64,000 nucleotides of DNA from Octopus vulgaris (taxonomy: Eukaryota), in assembly GCA_951406725.2 (NCBI GenBank), contig OX597832.1, forward strand, positions 54,436,001 through 54,500,000, given 5' to 3'. Shown piece by piece: positions 53,005 through 64,000 of the stretch (its first letter is position 1; every line of letters begins with the position of its first letter). The position numbers were made by a program, and so were the translations under genes. Below the pieces are notes generated by a model. That model saw only the letters and a list, made by a program, of their open reading frames with translations. It was not told where the DNA came from and did not search any database.

Positions 53005-53438
53005 GGAACTTTTCGGTTTGAACAGCAGTTTTTTCTAGCGGTGTCACATGAAATTGTCACCCATAATTATGACCCTAGAATCGATCTATTGCATTTCAAT
53101 CTCTTTTAGGGTTAGGGTTAAGGTTAGGGGGGCGAAGGGTATCTTTTCTTTCTTCAGAAATGTAAATAAACCCAATCTGTTTCTTAAACGAGGGACATAT
53201 TCATACGGCACAGAATGTTTTTTTTTTTTTTTTTACCTCAATAGACGTCATTGATTGGTTGAAATTGCAGAAATTGAAGAAAAAAAAACAACAAATATCT
53301 TACAAACCATAGAATTTTCTCAATAAAGCCAAGAGAAAAAGATGTTTTATAAACACATTCTACCAGTGTACGAAGTTTAAAAGTGTTTAGTTACATGGAA
53401 ATTATTTTAAAAAACTGCCGTTCAAACCGAAAAGATCC
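53005..53438. mobile_element. TTAGGG-containing MITE (family M2), copy 1, flanked by 72-bp direct duplication
   Basis: TIR GGA(T/A)CTTTTCGGTTTGAAC.GCAGTTTTT; flanks 52933-53004 and 53439-53509. Confidence 0.85.
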
Positions 53439-53906
53439 CTTCTCTCTTTCACTCCACTCCGTCAACATTCTCAAAACATTTAACATGCAAAATATAAACA
53501 TAGATTAATTAAAAATAAGTGTAAGACAATTTCCTTAAATCTTTCTCTCTCTTATACAAATATATTACACACACGCACACACATAGGTACACATATGACT
53601 GAAAGCGAGAGAGAGAGAGAGAGGTGGGGGAGATCAGAGAGGCATAACTGCAGTTTAGCGCCCCATCAAATTTTACAGATACATTTTGGAGGGTGTAGAT
53701 TACAGTTATCTTACATCTCTTACTTGTCACTGGATTACGGCCATGCTGGTGCACCGCCTTAAACGGTTTTGGTCGAACAAATCAACTCCGGTACGAATTT
53801 AAAAAAAGTTTGATACTTATTCTATCGGTCGCTTTTTGCTGCTTTTTTTTTTTTACGGAAACGTAAACAAACCAAGACAGGTTGTCACTCGGTGGGTGGA
53901 CACATT

Positions 53907-53944
<38 letters not shown>

Positions 53945-54002
53945 TGCACGCATGCATGCGTCCGTCCGTCCGTCCGTCCATTCATACATACATATTTACA
54001 TA

Positions 54003-54640
54003 TGGAGGCACATGGCCTAGTGCTTAGAGCAGGAGACTCGCGGTTGAGGGATCGCGGGTTCGAATCTTTGACCGGGTGATGTGTGTATTTATGAGCGAAA
54101 CACCGAAGCTCCAGCAGAAGGTTATGGCGAACGTCTGCTGGCTCTTTCACCACAACTTTCTTTCACTCTTTCCTCCTGCATCTAGCTGCTCACCTGCGAC
54201 GGACCGGCGTCCCGTCCAGGTGGAAGGAACTTATACGCCAATGAAACTGGGGACAAACAACATACATATATTTACATGCATTATAGCATCTATGTGGAGG
54301 CGCGTGGCTTAGTGGTTAGGGTGTTGGACTCTTAATCGTAAGATTGTGATTCCAGTTCCTGGACCGGGAGATGCGATGTGTTCTTTAACGAAGTAAACAC
54401 TGTCTCGAGTCCGAGGGCTGGTTTATTCGGGTTCCACAGGGCATACGTAACTGAGATCACAACAGTCCCCCTGGACGGGTCGATAGTCCATCGCAGGGTT
54501 ATTAATTTGTGGCTGAACGGACTGGGGCAACGTGAAATGAAAGGTTTTTGTTCAAGAACACGAAACACCGCTCTGTCCTGGAATCGAAACTATTATCTTA
54601 TGACCGTGAGTGCCACCCCATAACCACTAAGCCATGCACC
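54003..54640. mobile_element. Cluster of family E/C SINEs (54003-54250 +, 54295-54375 +, 54410-54640 -)
   Basis: tRNA-like heads GGAGGC(A/G)C(A/G)TGGC.TAGTG. Confidence 0.65.
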
Positions 54641-54934
54641 TTCAACGGAGCTAAACAAGAGTGCCGCCAGATGGCCGAGGCTTACTGTGCTCAGTGGCCT
54701 AAGATACAGTTTGCTGGTCTCACCTTAATTAAACAGGTATGATAAGGGCAGGGCAAAAATTTTGCGACCTTTCAAACCTGCGCCAGGTGGATCAGGTGGG
54801 GGTGATACTCCCAACCTTGTTTTCTCATGGTATTCGTATGGACACATTAGATAATGTAGTTCAAGATGGACTGTGTCTGTAGAAAAGGGAGAGAGAGAGA
54901 GAAAACGAGATAGTCATGGCCGGAACAATTTTCA

Positions 54935-54990
<56 letters not shown>

Positions 54991-55174
54991 CACCACCACC
55001 ACCACCACTACTACTAGTGGTGGTGGTGGTAGTTTCGTATTTGTAGTTGAGAAGAGATTTCGGGTTCAGTCCCACTGCACGGCCCCTTGGGTAAAATATC
55101 TTCTACTATAGCCCTGGACCGCCTAATGCGTTGTGAGTGGATTTGTTAGGAGAAAACTACATGGAAACCCATCG

Positions 55175-55206
<32 letters not shown>

Positions 55207-55467
55207 TGTATGTATGTATGTATGTGTGTGTGTGTATGTATGTATGTATGCATGTATGTATGTATGTATGTATGTATGTATGTATGTATGTATGTATGTA
55301 TGTGTGTGTGTATTTATGCATGCATGCGTGTGTGTGAGTGTGTGTGTGTGTTTATATACATCTTTCTGTTAGTTACCTAATCGCTTGACAACCGATGTTG
55401 GCTTGTTTACGTCACCATAACCTAGCGATTTAGCAAAACGTGAACGATAGAATGAATATCAGACTTA

Positions 55468-56020
55468 ACGTAGGCATCACTATGAACTTTTTGAAAATAT
55501 TTAAATGTAATTCGTGCAGTACTTTTTCTTGGAGAGCATCCAAAAAGAAGAATTTTGATACCTCATTTAGGAAATTAGGATGAAAATATGACAATTTGAA
55601 AGGTCAGCGAATCAGTCGAAATCTTGCCTAATGAGGCCTAAATGAATAATTAGCCATATTTGTGATGTCATATCTTTGAAACTTAAGAGTTAGTCATCTT
55701 CAAATTACACAAATTAATAGCGACCATGGTGTAGCGGTTGCCTAATTTTATTTTTTAGGTTCTTGCAAAGGAAATTTTTTTAAATTTTTGGCACTTAAAT
55801 ATTTATGTAAAGTGTATTTTGTTACGTGTTTTCGCGGTGTTTTCAGGCCAAGCTAAATCCAAAAGTGTAAACCACAGACACTTGAGTTTCGGCACAATTA
55901 TTATAGGTATAGAACTAAATAAATCCTGAGACTTTGGGACATGAAACCATCTCAATAAAATTTCAACGGACTTATTAAAAATGGCCATAAATGGCGGAGC
56001 TTGGATCAGGACGCCAACGT
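55468..56020. mobile_element. Putative non-autonomous DNA element with short imperfect TIRs
   Basis: TTA-ACGTAGGCATC ... GACGCCAACGT-AA, following a family A SINE body. Confidence 0.3.
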
Positions 56021-56058
56021 AATTTGGATTTTACTCTGATTTGACAGGGATTTTTCCA

Positions 56059-56177
56059 AGTAGTAGAAGTAGTAGAAGTAGTAGTAGTAGTAGTAGAAGT
56101 AGTAGTAGTAGTAGTAGTAGTAATAATGATAATAATAGTAATATTAGTAGTAGTAGTAATAATAATAATAATGATAA

Positions 56178-56210
<33 letters not shown>

Positions 56211-56269
56211 CAGCAGCAGCAGTAGTAGTAGTAATAATAATAATAATAATAATGATAATAGTAGTAGTC

Positions 56270-56333
<64 letters not shown>

Positions 56334-56355
56334 CAGCAGCAGCAGTAGTAGTAAT
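56059..56355. repeat. (AGT)/(AAT)/(AGC)n compound microsatellite
   Basis: Direct reading. Confidence 0.95.
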
Positions 56356-56477
56356 ATACCCACAGCATTACCTACTGTATAAGTGTCCTTTTTTCTCTGA
56401 CTTCAGGAACACACACAAGCACACACAAACACACACACACACACACAAGCACGCACACACACAGAGGCATACACATA

Positions 56478-57768
56478 CCGACAAATGTACCACCATGCAT
56501 TTTGGGAGGAAAAACCCAGCGTCTACTTACTCCCTCCACAACGCTAATCTCAAAAAGTCTTCTTGTGAAAGTGACCTGGACATTATTGTCAACAGCGATT
56601 TGCGTTGGACAAAACACATTGCTAAAATTGCCAAGAAGGCTGAGGGTGTCTTGGCATCACTTACCAAGTCCTTTGTGAGCCGCTCTCCAGCTACATATCT
56701 GAGGCTTTACATAGATATGGTGCGGCCTCACCTGGAATTTGCATCATCGGTCTGGAACCCCTATCTTGTCCAGGATATTAATCGTCTGGAAACCGTTCAG
56801 CGACGTGCAACCAAGGGAATACCCTCCGTCAGGCATTTGCCATATTCTGAACGTCTTACATCCCTGGGCATGGATACATTGAAACTCCGACGTCTGGCAG
56901 CTGACTTGGCAGACACCCATAACATTATTAACCATCTTACTAACAATAACTCTGAGCACCTTTTCAAACTCCACCCGTCTAACACCTGTGGACATGTTTA
57001 CAAAGTCAGAAAACAGCATAGCTCCCAATGACTTTCGAAAACATTTTTTCACGCTAAGAGTTGCTGAAGTATGAAACAAACTGTCGGCATCACTTGTTAG
57101 TTGTCGGAGTACTGCATCCTTCAAAACTTCCATGTTTCCTGTGATTCGCCAACACTACACCTGATTTTCTCCCCTCCATACATACGCAAGCATGCATCAG
57201 ATCTTTTCGGTTTGAACGGCAGTTTTTCTTGCGGTGTCATATGAAATTGTCACCCATAATTATGACCCTAGTATCGATCTATTGCATTTCAATCGGTTTT
57301 AGGGTTAGGGTTAGTAAGGGTTAGTTAGGGTTAGGGTTAGGGGTGGGGGGAGGGTATCTTTTTTTCTTCACAAATGTAAATAAACCCAATCTGTTTCTTA
57401 AACGAGGGACATATTCATACGGCACAGAATGTTTTTTTTTTTACCTCAGTGGACGTCACTGATTGATTAAAATTGCAGAAATTGAAGAAAAAACAACAAA
57501 TATCTTACAAACTATAGAATTTTCTCAATAAAGCCAAGAGAAAAAAATGTTTTATAAACAGATTCTACCAGTATACGAAGTTAACATTTTTTTAGTTACC
57601 TAGAAATTATGTTACAAAGTGCCGTTCAAACCGAAAAGATCCCATGTATCTGACTCATACACTGTTCACTTTCCAGACATTCGTACATTACTGCATATGC
57701 TTTATACGCACTTTTTGACAAGTTGTGGTGCACCTGAGTACTGCATACAATAAATTCATTATCATTAT
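56478..57768 (+). mobile_element. CR1-group LINE 3' fragment
   Basis: DKCTTMHFGRKN..ESDLDIIVNSDLRW..MVRPHLEFASSVWNPY..LETVQRRATK; 3' UTR interrupted by M2 MITE. Confidence 0.9.
57199..57642. mobile_element. TTAGGG-containing MITE (M2), copy 2
   Basis: 8-bp TSD CATGCATC/CATGTATC; the paralogous LINE copy at about 11862 has a single site. Confidence 0.88.
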
Positions 57769-58062
57769 GTTATATTATACACACGCACACAGGTGCAGTG
57801 TCAATGTAAAGGACAAGGCCTCCTACATCCCCACTACACAGTCAGTGCGATAAGGTGTAATGGGAACTGAAGGATGCAAACATCAGCAACTTGTGATGTT
57901 TTATGTCATGAGGTGATAATTATATTTAGAATATGGCCATGTTTACCTTAGATAGCACTTATTTCGTTAGAGGAATGATTCATTGGCGTCGATAATCGAT
58001 AAAAACAGAAACTCATGATACAGGTAAAAAAAAACTTTGAACCAGACTGACGTTTTACTTGC

Positions 58063-58540
58063 ATGTATGGATGTATGGATGGATGGATGTGTGTATGTAT
58101 GTGTGTATGTATGTATGGATGTATGTGTGTGTATGTATGGATGGATGTGTGTATGTATTATGTATGTATGTATGAATGTATGTATGTATGTATTTATGTA
58201 TGTATGTATGTATGTATGTATGTATGTATGTATGTGTGTGTATGTATGTATGTATGTATGTATGTATGTATGCATGTGCGTGTGTGTATGAATGTATGTG
58301 TGTGTTTATGTATGTATGTATGTGTATGTAATGTATGTATATATTTGTTCATATAATATATATATATATATATATATATCATATGAACAAATATATACAT
58401 ACATTACATACACATACACACACATACATACATACATACATATACACACATACATTCATACACACACGCACATACATACATACATACATACATACATACA
58501 TACATACATACATACATACATACATACATACATACATACA
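58063..58540. repeat. (ATGT)n and (CATA)n microsatellites
   Basis: Direct reading. Confidence 0.93.
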
Positions 58541-58639
58541 CGCCGGGTCATAGTGCTAGTGCATGCATATACAGCTGCGTGCACGCGCACATACATGCGA
58601 GTACTGTCCAAATCTCCGACCAATCACATACAGCTAGCT

Positions 58640-58884
58640 GGCATTCAATAGGCGTATCAAGTTTGGGGCATTTTGATTGGGTTTTGGATAGAAAATTCGC
58701 AAAAAAGTCACTTCTATTGATTTTCTAATGGCTTTGCAGGGTGACTGGGGAAATGTAAAGATGTGCACGACCACCCTTGGACGGTGTTGAATGACCATAG
58801 AAAGTGCAAGCCCTCTAACTGAAAAATTGTGGATTTGTATAAAGGACGCACACACAGACATTTTGCCGTTTATATATATAGAGA

Positions 58885-58888
<4 letters not shown>
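58640..58888 (-). mobile_element. Helitron-like 5' fragment
   Basis: Minus strand starts ATCTTCTCTATATATATAAACGGCAAAATGTCTGTGTGTG, like 7210 and 12445. Confidence 0.45.
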
Positions 58889-58935
<47 letters not shown>

Positions 58936-58936
<1 letters not shown>

Positions 58937-59290
58937 GAAGCGGTATCATAAAGTTCCCGGACTAATTCTGTTGCGCGCCAACAGGTGGCAGCACATGGTT
59001 GCGTGCGCAGCAAGAGCTAGCAGTGACCTTCCATGAGATAGCGTGCCGAGTGATATCGCTGTGTTTACTTTGCAAGTTGTGAAATATGCGCTTTTGTCAT
59101 CACGTGTATGCTGTAGTCTGCGATTTTGTCATGGACAGGAAGTTGGAATAAAGAGCCAACGTGGAATGTTGCGTTAAACTTGGGAAGTCTGCTGCAGAAA
59201 CATTGAGCATGCTCGGGCAAGCTTATGGCAACAACAACAACAACAACAACAATAATAATAACAACAGCAGCAGCAGCAGCAACAACAATA

Positions 59291-59321
<31 letters not shown>

Positions 59322-59941
59322 CAAGAACAACATTGAAAAATACCTTAAGAATGAGAACCCAGGTTCGAAATTTCCCCAAGACACCTGAAGAAGGCTGGAG
59401 GGTATATCAGACGAAACGCTGTGTTAACAACAAACAAGATGAGGACAAATATCCCTCAAATGTAAATAATGTAAATAATGTTCTACTGTGACGTTTTGAA
59501 GCGGGTTTTTTTGGTGGTGGTGGTGGGGGACATTCGGCGAAAGTAACCGGATCTGTAGAGCGTGAAGAATTGGATTCTTCTCGACGACAATCCACCTTGT
59601 CACCGAGTTGTCCTCACTTATGAGTTTCTCGCCAAAAACAACATGGTATCACTTCCGCTTCCGCCCTATTCGCCAGATTTATCACTTGCAGACTTCCATC
59701 TCAAAGGTCGCCTTTTTTTTTTACATCGTTGTCGAGGTCCAGAGCGAATCGCAAAAGGTCTTCGACTCGCTTAAGAAAAAACGACTTCTAGGCCAGATTC
59801 CCAAAGTGGTAGGAACATTGGGACTGGTGTATTGCCGCGCAAGGTGACTATTACGAAGGGTATGATATTAAAATTTAGGTAACTAAGTTATTTATTTTTT
59901 ATTAAACGTAACTAGTCTTGTAACTTTGTGATACCACCTCG
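58936..59941 (+). mobile_element. Internally deleted mariner element
   Basis: TIRs CGAAGCGGTATCATAAAGTT / AACTTTGTGATACCACCTCG|TA; peptides CVKLGKSAAETLSMLGQAYG and WILLDDNPPCH..PPYSPDLSLADF. Confidence 0.85.
59338..59482 (+). mobile_element. Penelope-like fragment with hammerhead-like motif inside the mariner
   Basis: CTGAAGA-A-GGCTG..CAGAC-GAAAC; same family as 11525-11611. Confidence 0.55.
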
Positions 59942-60026
59942 TATACATACAAATGTCGCCACCGACAAAAACATTATTCGTTTTCATCACATGGTGACGA
60001 ACGACAGGCGAATGATTATAAGTTGA

Positions 60027-60490
60027 GGATCTTTTCGGTTTGAACGACAGTTTTTTCTAGCGGTGTCATATGAAATTGTCACCCATAATTTAACCCTAGT
60101 ATCGATCTATTGCATTTCAATATGTTGCATTTCAAGGGTTAGGGTTAGTTAGGGTTAGTTAGATTTGGGTTAGGGTTAGAGTTAGGGGTGGGGAAGGGTA
60201 TCTTTTTTTCTTCACAAATGTAAAGAAACCCAATCTGTTTCTTAAACGAGGGACATGTTCATACGGCACAGAATGTTTTTTATTTTTACCTCAATGGACG
60301 TCATTGATTGGTTGAAATTGCAGAAATTGAAGAGAAAAAAACAACAAATATCTTACAAACCATAGAATTTTCTCAATAAAGCCAAGAGAAAAAGATGTTT
60401 TATAAACAGATTCTACTAGTATACGAAGTTTAAAATTTTTTAGTTACGTGGAAATTATGTTAAAAACTGCCGTTCAAACCGAAAAGATCC
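60027..60490. mobile_element. TTAGGG-containing MITE (M2), copy 3
   Basis: Perfect 8-bp TSD TAAGTTGA; TIR GGATCTTTTCGGTTTGAACG. Confidence 0.92.
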
Positions 60491-60619
60491 TAAGTTGAAC
60501 TGTCAATGCTGTTAGCAGATCCCGTGAAAGAGCTGAGAATATTTTGAACAATGGACTTGACATGAAGACGGTTTCGGCTCGGTTGGTGCCACGTCTTTTG
60601 ACACCTGATTAAAAGTGAT

Positions 60620-61142
60620 TGAATAACTTGTATTTCTCTATTATACGATGTAGAGAATACTAATGATATTAATTCTAAATTTAAATCTGGAAACGAACCC
60701 CCGTATAATAGAGAAATACAAGATAATATTAGAAGATAATATTAGGAAGATGGTGAAGATAATATTAGGAAGATGGTGAAAAATATTAAATTTCATAAAT
60801 ACCCAAACAGACATAATGAATATTTAAGAAAGTTAGCTATTAGAATAAAAGAAATGAGAAATATGGAAGGTATAATTGTACAATCAGATAAAACTAGGAA
60901 CCTAGATGTTAAATTATATGATAACATATTGGAGAAATAAATAAATAAAAAATATAAAATTGTTCCAGATAATACACTTTATACTATAAATAAGGCCTCT
61001 AAATTAGTAATGATATAAGTTAGATAATAAAATAAAACCTTATGTACCTTTGCACCCTAGAATTACCTTGAAGGGCCATACGGATAATTTTTATTCAGAC
61101 CCTGAAGTTAGATTAATTTGTCCATGTAAATTTGGTAAATTA
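60620..61142 (+). mobile_element. Penelope-like (Naiad-type) RT N-terminal fragment with 5' inversion
   Basis: Translation IIVQSDKTRN...PRITLKGHTDNFYSDPEVRLICPCK.GK resembles the PLE DK and ITLKDHKxNF..RLINP motifs; 21-bp inverted repeat at about 60627/60701. Confidence 0.65.
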
Positions 61143-61851
61143 ACACGGGAGACTCTAACATTGAGGCAGATCCAGCTGGTCTCTTTGAAGGTTTCCTAAC
61201 CCAGGATGAGAGTTGGGTTCATCACTTTGAGCTAGAGACAAAGAGACGATCCATGCAGTGGAAACTCCCTTCCTCACCTGCTCCAAAGAAGGCCGAAGTC
61301 GTTTCATTTGCAGGGAAGGTGATGGCCTCAGTTTTTAGGTCACAAAAGTCATTGTTTATTGACTACCTTCAAAAGGGTCACAACATCAATGGGAAGTTCT
61401 ATGCCAACTTGCTTAGGCGGTTACGAAAGGCTGTCAAGACTAAACGCCCAGGAAAACTGACAAAAAGGGGTTATGCTTCATCTGGACACTGTTCCAGCAT
61501 ACAAGTATTTGCTTTCAAAAACACTCTGTGCATGACTGTGGCTTTGAACTGGTTGATCATTCACCCTAATCTCCAAGTTAGGCCCCATCTGACTATCGCC
61601 TGTTCCCCAACATGAAAAAACAATTGGCTGGGAACTAGTGGCGCCGTGATGATGATGTCATATCTGCTGTTGATTTTTTTTTTTGACCAATAGAATGAAA
61701 GTTTCTTCACCAATGGATCCAAGCACTGCAACACTGATAGAGTCAGTGTATGGACGGCAAGGGAGAATTATGTTAAAAAATAAACCTCATTTGGTCACAT
61801 TGCATGAGAGTATCTCGGTCAGGCTATGAACTTTTCAGCCGACCCTCACAT

Positions 61852-62014
61852 AGACGTAGGAGTGGCTGTGTGGTAAGTAGCTTGTTTACCAGCCACATGG
61901 TTCCGGGTTCAGTCCCACTGCGTGGTACTTTGGGCAAGTGTCTTCTACTATAGCCTCGGGTCGACCAAAGCCTTGTGAGTGGATTTGGTAGACGGAAACT
62001 GAAAGAAGCCCGTC

Positions 62015-62072
<58 letters not shown>

Positions 62073-62257
62073 TTGTCCCCCCCAACATCGCTTGACAACC
62101 GATGCTGGTGTGTTTACGTGCCCGTAACTTAGCGGTTCGGCAAAAGAGACCGATAGAATAAGTACTAGGCTTACAAAGAATAAGTCCTGGGGTCGATTTG
62201 CTCGACCAAAGGCGGTGCTCCAGTATGGCTGCAGTCAAATGACTGAAACAAGTAAAA
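61852..62257 (+). mobile_element. SINE family A, full length
   Basis: Consensus match. Confidence 0.88.
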
Positions 62258-62294
62258 ATTAAAAAAATGTACGTATGCATGCATGTATAATACG

Positions 62295-62582
62295 TTGCTG
62301 TATCTGGGGAGGGTCATATTGTCTTAATGTCTTATTATCTAACACACACACCGGTTCGATTTCCGTTCATTTATTATTTATATTTTTTCTTCCAAAATTT
62401 TTTCCTTCCAAAATATTTTTCTTCCACAATATTGCAATGACAGACAGAATCAACATCCATTGACAAGGTTGCAAAAGCAACGAAAATTTTGGAAGAAAGA
62501 ATATAAATAATACATGAGTGGAAATCGAACCGGTGCGTGTGTTAGGCATTGAGACAATATGACCCTCCCCAAACACAACAAA
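62295..62582. mobile_element. Penelope-like fold-back remnant
   Basis: GGGGAGGGTCATATTGTCT..ACCGGTTCGATTTCC inverted against GGAAATCGAACCGGT..AGACAATATGACCCTCCCC; centre TGACAA-G-GTTGC AAAA GCAAC-GAAA. Confidence 0.55.
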
Positions 62583-62767
62583 ATTTGCATCAACATCATC
62601 CATTTCACAGTGTTTCGTCACTTAAACTTTGGTGTCCCTCGAGTATTTCTGGAGTATTGATCGGACGAAAGAGTTCAGTAGTAGTACAGCTGACCTCTTA
62701 CTGCTTCCATTATGCGGCAATACTTTCTGTTCTGGATGATAGCGTTTTCAGGCTGGCTTACTAAGTA

Positions 62768-63111
62768 CAGGCATACTTCAACTTACGTCGTTTCGCGTTA
62801 CGTCTTTTTTCGTTTTCTTTAAAGAAATTAACGGGGAAAATAAACGTCAGCTTCAGTCGATTTATCCAACTTTACGTCGGTCTCAGCAAACATAATTAAA
62901 AGCATAAAGATTAATAGAAGAAAAAACAAACAAACTAGAAGCCAATGTTGAAGTGGAAAACCATATAAAATACAAGTAGAAATAGTACAGACGATTTATT
63001 AAAACGGATATAAGTTAATAAAGTTGATTACTATGACTTTTCGTGTTACGTCGTTTTTCGAGTTAAGTCACATGACTTGGAACCAATTACCGACGTAAGT
63101 TGAGGTATGCC

Positions 63112-63113
<2 letters not shown>
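62768..63113. mobile_element. Tigger/pogo-type MITE
   Basis: TA|CAGGCATACTTCAACTTACGTCG ... CGACGTAAGTTGAGGTATGCC. Confidence 0.8.
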
Positions 63114-63144
<31 letters not shown>

Positions 63145-63145
63145 G

Positions 63146-63331
63146 TCGCCATGATAGATTGTTAGCCACTACACATTTTTTTCTCTCCTTGTTTTTTCTG
63201 TGTCCCTTTCTGTAGAAGAGCGTAGGCTCGAAACGTAAAAGACTTTTTCTATTCCTGAGTGTTATACTAATACATCTGTTTGATTTGTACACCACCTGTC
63301 TTCGTCTTTTGTTTTTTTCGTAAACTCTCCC
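63146..63331 (+). mobile_element. Penelope-like pLTR fragment with variant minimal hammerhead (63206-63241)
   Basis: CTTT-CTGTAGA-A-GAGC GTAG GCTC-GAAAC-GTA-AAAG. Confidence 0.6.
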
Positions 63332-63569
63332 TATGTATGTATGTATGTATGTATGTATGTATGTATGTATGTATGTATGTATGTATGTATGTATGTATGT
63401 ATGTATGTATGTATGTATGTATGTATGTATGCATGCATGTATTTATGTATATATCATTCAACCACGGTAGCGGTTGAATATATTCTTAAGTCTACCATTT
63501 CGTCAATCGCAGCAGCTTCCAAGCTTCTCCACTAATTCAGCTCTCAACTAAATTGCAAACTGTAAATAG

Positions 63570-64000
63570 TTTCAAATGCTTAGGGGTATTTCGTCTGTCT
63601 TTACGTTCTGAGTTCAAATTCCGCCGAGGTCGACTTTGCCTTTCATCCTTTCGGAGTCGATAAATTATGTACCTATTTCTTTATTTACCTACAAGGTTTA
63701 ACACAGAGAGGACAAACAAGGACAGACAAACGGATTAAGTCGATTATATTGACCCCAGTGCGTAACTGGTACTTATTTAATCGACCCCGAAAGGATGAAA
63801 GGCAAAGTCGACCTCGGCGGAATTTGAACTCAGAACGTAACGGCAGGCGAAATATCGGTTAGCATTTCGCCTGGCGTGCTAACGTTTCTGCCAGCTCGCC
63901 GCCTTAAGTACCAGTAATTAAGTACGATAAATTAAGTACCAGTTGCGTACTGGAGTCTATCTAATCGACTGGCCCCCTCCCCTAAAATTTCGGGCCTTGT
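63570..64000. mobile_element. B2 SINE (minus, 63673-63903) inserted in a B1 SINE (plus)
   Basis: TSD TTATGTACC/TTAAGTACC; cores inverted. Confidence 0.8.

Larger units (their letters stand above)
59953..61847 (+). mobile_element. Decayed mariner transposase with two nested insertions
   Basis: NDRR..VSARLVPRLLT, TQDESWVHHFE.ETKRRSMQWK, SFAGKVMASVF, IDYLQKGHNING, APSDYRLFP; 3' TIR AACTTTTCAGCCGACCCTC. Confidence 0.88.

Noticed and set aside
56126-57031. 301-aa ORF as a chimeric membrane protein-RT gene
   Set aside because: The N-terminus is an (AGT)n and (CA)n tract fortuitously in frame with a truncated CR1 fragment; a stop follows at 57029.
57299-57354. Telomere or chromosome-fusion site
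   Set aside because: Short degenerate TTAGGG tract internal to a TIR element present three times.
59225-59491. Poly-Thr/Ala or poly-Gln low-complexity protein
   Set aside because: (AAC)/(AGC)n expansion inside a dead mariner.

Overview
Repeat-saturated, AT-rich eukaryotic DNA, most likely cephalopod (octopus-type tRNA-derived SINEs, RTE/CR1 LINE remnants, very long microsatellites; organism assignment is inference). I find no intact host protein-coding gene: the long ORFs in the track are microsatellite, SINE or decayed-transposon translations. Contents: three main SINE families; RTE- and CR1-type LINE fragments; Penelope-like fold-back remnants with hammerhead-ribozyme motifs and a Naiad-like RT fragment; two decayed mariners; piggyBac-, Tigger-, hAT- and Merlin-type MITEs; Helitron/Helentron derivatives; a solo LTR. 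Most notable: (i) in two different GG-ended MITE families with 8-bp TSDs, one copy each is flanked by a long (about 72 bp and about 200-250 bp) direct duplication instead of a TSD; (ii) a complete type I hammerhead with a built-in antisense arm; (iii) a 1.26-kb inverted duplication of non-repetitive DNA; (iv) candidate exons of a minus-strand spliced non-coding/5'UTR transcript starting near a CpG-richer zone at 48-52 kb. Coordinates were read by eye and may be off by a few bases.
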